A stretch of DNA of 64,000 nt from a virus, in IMG/VR virus record IMGVR_UViG_3300025168_000074, positions 4,084-68,083 of that record. One strand, 5' to 3'. Of the stretch, positions 57,965-64,000 are shown piece by piece. A model generated the notes under the pieces. That model was not told the origin of the DNA. It saw only the letters and a program-made list of their open reading frames with translations, and searched no databases. The position numbers and the translations under genes were made by a program. Within the stretch, counting starts at the first letter, position 1. Every line of letters begins with the position of its first letter.

Positions 57965-58396
57965 CTCGGGTTTTACCTGGTAAGGCTTCCCGACGATTAC
58001 TATAGCCATTCGCCTGGTCTTCTGGTAGATTACCATCCATTCCTTGCTCGCGTGAGAAGCGTCATTCTGTGCCTGTGAGATGAAAGACTTGAAATCACTT
58101 TTTCGTTTGAACAAATCATCAAGCTGTACATCGTAACCATTTTTACATTCTATCACAAATGGAAAAGTAATTGGTGTGATAAGGTCCCCTTGAACACGTA
58201 GATGGTCGGGTAGGTCCTTGTGGGTAGTAGCGAAAGCTCCAGACCCTGGAGTTCTATTGAACTCCTTGGTATTAAACCGTTCGTTAAGCTGCTTCGCTAT
58301 TTTACGCTCGAAGTTGCTTCCCTTGCGCTTACTGTTAACGCGCTTCTTTTTGGAGAAATCTCCAAATTCTAAAATTGAGTCGATATTTTTTGACAT
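57881..58396 (-). CDS. Holliday junction resolvase (Hjc-like PD-(D/E)XK)
   Basis: SKRKGSNFERKIAK, RTPGSGA, GDLI, FVIECKNG. Confidence 0.85.
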   Translation of the reverse strand: MSKNIDSILEFGDFSKKKRVNSKRKGSNFERKIAKQLNERFNTKEFNRTPGSGAFATTHKDLPDHLRVQGDLITPITFPFVIECKNGYDVQLDDLFKRKSDFKSFISQAQNDASHASKEWMVIYQKTRRMAIVIVGKPYQVKPELVLDGKYFIYPLKEFLELSNEVFGFHT

Positions 58397-58414
58397 GGGT
58401 TACTATAATATTTT

Positions 58415-58786
58415 ATGAACGCCGATAAACACAAACTTACATTTGCCGTCGACGGTGAAACTTTTGGTACTTTTAAACTCCGAGATGGAGACCGTAAAAT
58501 GAAATTATACATTAAACTAAACAAAGATGAGACTGCCCAATGGGAGGCTCTAAAACAAGCCCTTACAGGGGGAGATATGTCTAACGACACTCTAGCCCGA
58601 ATTTTGTTCTTTAAAGGCATACACGCCATTACCTCTGAACTCAACGAACGTGTAGAAAACATGAGCGATGAAGAGAAAGAAGAGATAATGTCTAAAATGA
58701 GCGCAGAACAAGCTGGCGCTGCAATGTCCTTAGCCGAAGAAGAATTAAGTGGTGAAGATGCGAACACTGAAAACTCTACAGACTGA
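58415..58786 (+). CDS. Hypothetical protein, possible ribbon-helix-helix DNA-binding domain
   Basis: MKLYIKL strand followed by two predicted helices (KDETAQWEALKQAL; SNDTLARILFFKGI), acidic tail. Confidence 0.55.
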   Translation: MNADKHKLTFAVDGETFGTFKLRDGDRKMKLYIKLNKDETAQWEALKQALTGGDMSNDTLARILFFKGIHAITSELNERVENMSDEEKEEIMSKMSAEQAGAAMSLAEEELSGEDANTENSTD

Positions 58787-59084
58787 TAAGGAACTGAATG
58801 CGGTCTTGAAACGCCGCAGAACTGATAACTTTGTTGTGCTCTACCATTCCTTATGGTGTGACTGGAGCCAACGAGCTGTAAAGTTCGCTGAAGAATGGGC
58901 AAAGAAAGAAGGTGACGAAACCATGTACGTCGTAAACAGTTGGGATTTACCTCAATCATTTTCTTCATTTTCCATTACCTCCGCACCAGCCCTTGTTCAC
59001 ATTAAGAACAAAAAAGTTAGGGTGGACGTTGAGTATCCGAAGATTTATAATTTCTTCCATTCTACTCGTCCAAAAAAGACTTAA
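58758..59084 (+). CDS. Thioredoxin-like protein (CxxS)
   Basis: FVVLYHSLWCDWS and F.ITSAPALV cis-Pro motif; ATG at 58758. Confidence 0.75.
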   Translation: MRTLKTLQTDKELNAVLKRRRTDNFVVLYHSLWCDWSQRAVKFAEEWAKKEGDETMYVVNSWDLPQSFSSFSITSAPALVHIKNKKVRVDVEYPKIYNFFHSTRPKKT

Positions 59085-59424
59085 TTTTTTTATCACGGTA
59101 TTGTTGAATCTTCTCTCTATATTTTTTATTTTTTGTATAAATTAATTTGAGATTATTAACAATAACTGTGGTAAAGTAATTAAAAGCTGAACCCTTTTCC
59201 TTAGTAAAGTTCTTTAATACTTTAAGGCATAGTACGAAACACTCCTGCTTAGCATCCTCATGTTCTACTTTAAATTTAAATGAAATCAAAATACTTGAAA
59301 TCAAAAGGTCTAACTGTTGAATAAGCTCGTCTTCGTGCTCGCTCTGATTACCCAGATAATTAAAGATTGTTTCTTCAAACTTCTTGTTATCAATATAATG
59401 CTTCTTTTTTTTGCGTTTCGCCAT
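59062..59424 (-). CDS. Late-transcription sigma factor (T4 gp55-like)
   Basis: HYIDNKKF, EDAKQECFVLCLK...NF...KGSAFNYFTTVI.N. Confidence 0.8.
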   Translation of the reverse strand: MAKRKKKKHYIDNKKFEETIFNYLGNQSEHEDELIQQLDLLISSILISFKFKVEHEDAKQECFVLCLKVLKNFTKEKGSAFNYFTTVIVNNLKLIYTKNKKYREKIQQYRDKKIKSFLDE

Positions 59425-59439
59425 AACTCATAATAGACA

Positions 59440-60411
59440 ATGGATTTAGAAAAAATAATAGAATCTTTCGATAAAGATGAAAAAACCAAAGATTACTCCT
59501 CAACCGACGTTGGTGATGAGAAAATTGTCTTTGTTACCACCTGCCAGTATAGAGAGCGTGGAAGCCTCTATGATTTCAATGACCATGAATACGGTATTAT
59601 ATCTAGCTTACTAGACCAGACCAATATACCTAAGGGTCATTATCAGTTTATACCCGCCATTCGAGAGCCGAACACAGTAGAGGATGACCTTACTACTGCG
59701 GATTACAACACGCATCGACCATTCCTCTTCGCTGATTTGGAGGAGATAAACCCAGAGCTGATTATCCCTCTTGGCAACGTAGCTTTGAAAACGTTACTTA
59801 AGAAGTCGGGACTGTTCAACAAGCGAGGTAGAGAGTTTACTTACGAAGAGTGTCCGGTCGTACCTACATACAGTTCCGACCTAGTATTTTTGGAGCCTAA
59901 GCTACGCAAGCTATTCATTCAGGATGTAAACAACGCTTACGATAAGTTTATCTTAGATAAAAATAAGTTCGATGGTTCAAAATATGTTTTATGCCAAACC
60001 ATCGAGGAGTTTAATAAGCAGATGGATATAGCTGAGCAATACACTGCATTAGGATGTGACATAGAAACCACAGGTTTAGATTTCAAGAAAGACGAAATGT
60101 CTACAATTGCTATAGCCTCTGGAGAACAGCAAGCATTTACTGTCCCTATTAATCACAGGGAAAGTCCTTTCGATGATAAAGATAAAAAAGTTATCAAAGA
60201 AAGATTAGCTGCCTTAATGGCAAACAAAAGCATCGAGAAAATTTTTCATAACTGCCAATTTGATATTAAATTCATGAAGACCTTCGGGATAAATGAGTTT
60301 CATAACATTGGAGATACGAAAATTATGCACTCGCTACTCGATGAAAACCTTCCTCACGGTCTAATGGATTTAGTGAAGGAGTACTTCCCCCAAGAATTGG
60401 AGAAATTTTAA
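59440..60411 (+). CDS. DNA polymerase A, N-terminal part: degenerate UDG-like domain plus incomplete 3'-5' exonuclease
   Basis: INPELIIPLGNVALK...KRG...PVVPTY (UDG family 4-like); ExoI DIETTG, ExoII HNCQFD, DTKIMH; ends before ExoIII. Confidence 0.88.
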   Translation: MDLEKIIESFDKDEKTKDYSSTDVGDEKIVFVTTCQYRERGSLYDFNDHEYGIISSLLDQTNIPKGHYQFIPAIREPNTVEDDLTTADYNTHRPFLFADLEEINPELIIPLGNVALKTLLKKSGLFNKRGREFTYEECPVVPTYSSDLVFLEPKLRKLFIQDVNNAYDKFILDKNKFDGSKYVLCQTIEEFNKQMDIAEQYTALGCDIETTGLDFKKDEMSTIAIASGEQQAFTVPINHRESPFDDKDKKVIKERLAALMANKSIEKIFHNCQFDIKFMKTFGINEFHNIGDTKIMHSLLDENLPHGLMDLVKEYFPQELEKF

Positions 60412-61391
60412 TGATTACAGTAGATTACATATGGTTAGATGGCTCGCAAGATATGCCACAATTACGTTCAAAGACTCGCGTTTTTGATAAACCCCACGCA
60501 CTTCCCGAATTACCTGATTGGTCGTTTGACGGAGGTAGTACCCATCAAGGATGTGTTGGTGATTCAGACCGAACCCTACACCCTGTGCGTTTATATAAGA
60601 ACCCTTTTAGCGAAGGCAATTACTTGGTATTATGTGAGGTCAATAACCCTGATGGGACTCCCCACGAGACAAATCAGCGCCATAATCTACGCACTCAAAT
60701 AGAGAAGGGTGGTAGCTCTCCTTGGTTTGGGTTTGAGCAAGAGTATACTTTAACTGACCCAATGCAACAGCCCCTTGTGCCTGAGGAGATTACACAAGGA
60801 GAATTTTACTGTGGCATCGGAGCCGGTAGGGTTATTGGGAGGTTAGTAGCCGAGGAACACCTTAAAAATTGCTATGACGCAGGTATCACCTTGTTCGGCA
60901 ATAATGCAGAGGTCATGATTTCTCAGTGGGAATACCAAACCAATCCTAAGGAAGCCTTAGATGCTGCTGATGATTTGTGGATGGCTCGGTATATTATGGA
61001 GCGAGGTACGGAGAAATTCAACATGCGAGTCTCTTACCACCCTAAAATCTATAAGGAACTGAACGGTGCTGGTTGCCATGTAAATGTTTCGACTGAAAAA
61101 ACACGCGAAAGCCTTACTTCAAAAGAGACTGCGGAGATAATGAAGAAGTTTGAGAAAACTCACGACGAACATATTACTGTTTATGGTGATGGAAACGAGT
61201 TGCGTTTGACTGGAGAACACGAAACTTCAAGTTTTGATAAGTTTACGTGGGGTGTTTCTGACCGTAGCGCAAGTGTGCGGATTCCGGCTCATGTCGTACA
61301 ACAACAACAAGGTTATTTTGAGGACCGTCGTCCTGCTGCAACCTGCGACCCTTACAAAGTTACCTCTCGCATTATAAAGACGTTAAGCTAA
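60411..61391 (+). CDS. glnII: Glutamine synthetase type II
   Basis: YIWLDG, LRSKT, WSFDGGST, FGFEQEY, EVMISQWEYQ, NGAGCH, RLTGEHET, R.ASVRIP, YFEDRRP. Confidence 0.95.
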   Translation: MITVDYIWLDGSQDMPQLRSKTRVFDKPHALPELPDWSFDGGSTHQGCVGDSDRTLHPVRLYKNPFSEGNYLVLCEVNNPDGTPHETNQRHNLRTQIEKGGSSPWFGFEQEYTLTDPMQQPLVPEEITQGEFYCGIGAGRVIGRLVAEEHLKNCYDAGITLFGNNAEVMISQWEYQTNPKEALDAADDLWMARYIMERGTEKFNMRVSYHPKIYKELNGAGCHVNVSTEKTRESLTSKETAEIMKKFEKTHDEHITVYGDGNELRLTGEHETSSFDKFTWGVSDRSASVRIPAHVVQQQQGYFEDRRPAATCDPYKVTSRIIKTLS

Positions 61392-61579
61392 TGCTCAGAA
61401 GTAACTTACCACCTCAACAAAAAGAACGGGCGTCCGCGACATTAAAACAGATATTAGAGACTATAATACAGATAGGGCAAGCAACCCAACAAGACTATTT
61501 ATCTAACAGTAAATACTCTAATCTTATGTTTGATATTGGACATTTAATACAGGAGCTAGACTATGCTGACCGTAACTAA
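61391..61579 (+). CDS. Small hypothetical protein
   Basis: 62 aa, TAATG-coupled to glutamine synthetase, overlaps next start. Confidence 0.6.
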   Translation: MLRSNLPPQQKERASATLKQILETIIQIGQATQQDYLSNSKYSNLMFDIGHLIQELDYADRN

Positions 61580-63077
61580 CGGTGGAAACTTTGACTGGGC
61601 TAATATGCCCTTGGATGACATGGCGTTGGGAAACGCCATGGACGCCGATTTTACTCTACGAGCTTATAACGCTATGACTAGCGATATGCAAAGTAAGGGT
61701 GTTAACCATGTCTACGACAAACTACTCAGAGACATTCTGGTCGTTGCATCAAATATAGAACACAAAGGTATTCTTGTAGATGGTGAGTGTGTTAAAAAGT
61801 TTGACGTGCTTCTTACGAAGGAAGTAGCTGAGCTGTATACCAAGCTTTCTGAGTTATCTGTTATTGATGATGTTAATCCTAACTCTAATTCAGACATGGG
61901 GTTACTTCTATTTACTAAGGAAGGTTTTGGTTTAAGAGCGCTTGAGTTTTCTAAGAAAACAAAAGCAGCATCTATTACTGAGGCTCACCTCAAGAAAGTA
62001 GCTGTTACCGCTACAGGAGATGCAAAGGAATACATCGAGCTTTTGCTAAAGTATAAAGGACGTGTTAAGCAACATAAAACCTATGTAAAGGGTGTGGAGA
62101 AAGCCGTAGCATATAACGAGGACGGACGAGTTTACTCAAGTTACAATTTCGGTAACGTAGTAACCGGTCGACTCAGCTGCTCCACATATTCAGTAGGAAA
62201 AGAACGTAAGGGTATTTCCTTTCACACGTTACCACGCCCTGATGAAAATGATGCAGTTAATCTACGTAGTATGATGACGGCAGATGAAGACAAAGTTTTT
62301 GTTGCGGCTGACTTCTCTCAAGCAGAGTTGCGCGTACTTGCACAATGCTGCAAAGATAAAAACCTTATCGAAGCATTTAACACCGGGCAAGACTTACATA
62401 GGTTTACTGCGTCCTTAGTGTTTGGCAAAAAGCCTGAAGACGTAACCAAGCAAGAAAGACAGATTGCTAAAAGCGTTAGCTTTCTTATCGTGTATGGAGG
62501 AGGTCCCAACAAACTTGCTGAACAAATCGGTAAAGATATAGGTTATTGTAAAAATATTTTTCGGGCTTATCAAGATTCATTCCCTAAAGTTTTTGACTGG
62601 ATTAATTTTGTTCATAAGTTTGTTAAAGCTAATGGGTACGCCGTAAGTATTTTTGGACGTCGAAGACACTTACCCAACGTAAAGAGCCCTAACCGCAAAT
62701 ATCAGTACAGAGCTCTACGCCAAGGGATGAATTTTGTAATTCAAAGCTCTGCGTCTGACCTCATGCTCCACTCTATCTTACGGTTAAATAAGTACTTAGC
62801 TGCGACAGGGCTGGATGCACAAATTCTAGCGACTGTACACGACTCCGTGGAAGTGCAGTGTTCTAGGAAAGATTTATCTAAAACGGTTGAGTTAATGAAG
62901 TACGTGTTACAAAGCACAGATGATTTTAAAGGATTATACGGCTTAGATTTTATTGTACCTTTTGAGGTCGATGTTGAAGCAGGTAAGTCTTTCGGGGATA
63001 TGATTGATGTGGAGTTTGATTCCGCGGGACAGTTCCTAAATAAAAAGGAGATTATAAATTATGTCGACAACAGCTAA
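61563..63077 (+). CDS. polA: DNA polymerase A, C-terminal part: ExoIII helix plus polymerase domain
   Basis: GNAMDAD (ExoIII), TGRLS, motif A DFSQAELRVLA, motif B RQIAKSVSFLIVYG, motif C TVHDSV; AGGAG upstream. Confidence 0.93.
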   Translation: MLTVTNGGNFDWANMPLDDMALGNAMDADFTLRAYNAMTSDMQSKGVNHVYDKLLRDILVVASNIEHKGILVDGECVKKFDVLLTKEVAELYTKLSELSVIDDVNPNSNSDMGLLLFTKEGFGLRALEFSKKTKAASITEAHLKKVAVTATGDAKEYIELLLKYKGRVKQHKTYVKGVEKAVAYNEDGRVYSSYNFGNVVTGRLSCSTYSVGKERKGISFHTLPRPDENDAVNLRSMMTADEDKVFVAADFSQAELRVLAQCCKDKNLIEAFNTGQDLHRFTASLVFGKKPEDVTKQERQIAKSVSFLIVYGGGPNKLAEQIGKDIGYCKNIFRAYQDSFPKVFDWINFVHKFVKANGYAVSIFGRRRHLPNVKSPNRKYQYRALRQGMNFVIQSSASDLMLHSILRLNKYLAATGLDAQILATVHDSVEVQCSRKDLSKTVELMKYVLQSTDDFKGLYGLDFIVPFEVDVEAGKSFGDMIDVEFDSAGQFLNKKEIINYVDNS

Positions 63078-64000
63078 AGTAGTTATTTTAACGGACCTGC
63101 ATTTACGTGCAGATTACTTCCCAGGATTCTTAGACAGACAAGTAGAAACCTTACTTCATTTAGCTAATAGAAAGCGTTGCGACTACGTCGTGATTAATGG
63201 AGATGTGTTTGAAAGACGTAACCCTCGAAGCGAAGAGCTTTTAGCGTTCGGATATTTGTTAGATAATATTAAATGTAAAAATATTATCGTTAATAGAGGT
63301 AACCACGACACCCTACGTAAAGATGGTACTTCTGACACTATCCTATCTTTGTTCTCTGAGAAGGCTCGCATCGTTAAGGATACTGAAACCATACGCCTTG
63401 GCGAAATTGATTTTGATTTTATCCCTCATTACGAAGATGAAGATATAATAATCGCTGACTTAAAGAAAAATAAAAATCCTGTGTTTGGTCATTTTGGATT
63501 TGACGGCTGTGTGTCTAACGGACACTACGCATACGAGGCTCGTGTAAAACAATGGCACTTTAAGAAAAAACCTTATGCTTTTCTAGGTCATATACACAAA
63601 CCTAAAATCTACGGAAACGTAGTTATCATGGGCACTGCCTACTCTAACACTTTCGGTGAAGCTAATGCTACCAAGTTTGTGCATGAGTTAGTATTGCGCG
63701 GACAAGAGATAGAGCTTATTAAGAAGCCGATAGGTAAAGGGATTAAGCATATCGTAGGTACCATAGACGAAATACCTGACCTTGCTAAGAAGCATAAGTT
63801 TGAGGATTTCTTCACCATACTCAGAGTTAAGATGGATAAGCTGGACTCGTACACCGAACAAAGGTTACGTGACGAGATTTTCGCAGAGTATCCTATACAG
63901 AGCTTGGAGCTTGTTTTCGAAGATGTGCTTCCCAAGTTTGAGTCAGGGTACATCCCGAAGAACCGCATATTCAGTTTAGATGATACAGTTATTGATGAGT
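63061..64000 (+). CDS. Metallophosphoesterase nuclease (gp47/SbcD/Mre11-like), partial
   Basis: Not in ORF track; from ATG 63061: TDLH, GDVFE, GNHD, FGH, LGHIH; open to window end; AGGAG upstream. Confidence 0.92.
   Translation, partial: MSTTAKVVILTDLHLRADYFPGFLDRQVETLLHLANRKRCDYVVINGDVFERRNPRSEELLAFGYLLDNIKCKNIIVNRGNHDTLRKDGTSDTILSLFSEKARIVKDTETIRLGEIDFDFIPHYEDEDIIIADLKKNKNPVFGHFGFDGCVSNGHYAYEARVKQWHFKKKPYAFLGHIHKPKIYGNVVIMGTAYSNTFGEANATKFVHELVLRGQEIELIKKPIGKGIKHIVGTIDEIPDLAKKHKFEDFFTILRVKMDKLDSYTEQRLRDEIFAEYPIQSLELVFEDVLPKFESGYIPKNRIFSLDDTVIDE

Noticed and set aside
58390-58409. Sigma70 promoter TTGACA...TATAAT
   Set aside because: Spacer is only 8 nt, and TTGACA lies within the first codons of the opposite-strand resolvase gene
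58369-58968. 199 aa minus-strand ORF
   Set aside because: Antisense shadow of two better supported plus-strand genes; no motifs
60409-61565. Intron, split intein or ribosomal bypass reconnecting the polymerase halves
   Set aside because: The gap is completely filled by two coupled ORFs; no intein N-terminal Cys/Ser block or His-Asn end; the C part has its own RBS; 1.15 kb is far longer than known bypass gaps
1-64000. Stop codon reassignment
   Set aside because: Conserved genes are full length in the standard code, and TAA, TAG and TGA all end genes
1-64000. tRNA, rRNA, integrase or transposase
   Set aside because: Intergenic gaps are mostly too short and no cloverleaf or recombinase motifs were recognised; a covariance-model scan would be needed to be certain

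Overview
A densely coding 64 kb segment of a large, probably lytic, tailed phage with a T4-type (contractile-tail, 'far-T4'-like) morphogenesis module, read in the standard code. It encodes terminase large subunit, portal, prohead protease, scaffold, major capsid, neck, tail terminator, sheath, tube, tape measure, baseplate (gp53/gp27/gp5/gp25/gp6/gp7-like) and large fibre/spike proteins. Interleaved are replication/recombination genes (UvsW-like helicase, primase, Cas4/AddB-like nuclease, Holliday junction resolvase, gp47/SbcD-like nuclease), a gp55-like late sigma factor and auxiliary genes (Hsp20, Gmd, glycosyltransferase, type II glutamine synthetase, thioredoxin-like). Most notable: (1) a family A DNA polymerase split in the middle of its proofreading domain, with glutamine synthetase sitting in the break; (2) a start-less gp51-like ORF reachable by a -1 frameshift at T TTT TTC from the gp26-like gene; (3) a Ser-Gly/Ser-Ala/Ser-Ser bias restricted to virion proteins alongside gmd and a glycosyltransferase, hinting at phage-encoded virion glycosylation; (4) head-to-head gene pairs sharing one bidirectional TATAATA/TATTATA element a few nt from the start codons. 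All annotations come from motif recognition by eye; no database searches were run. No tRNA, rRNA or CRISPR array was recognised.
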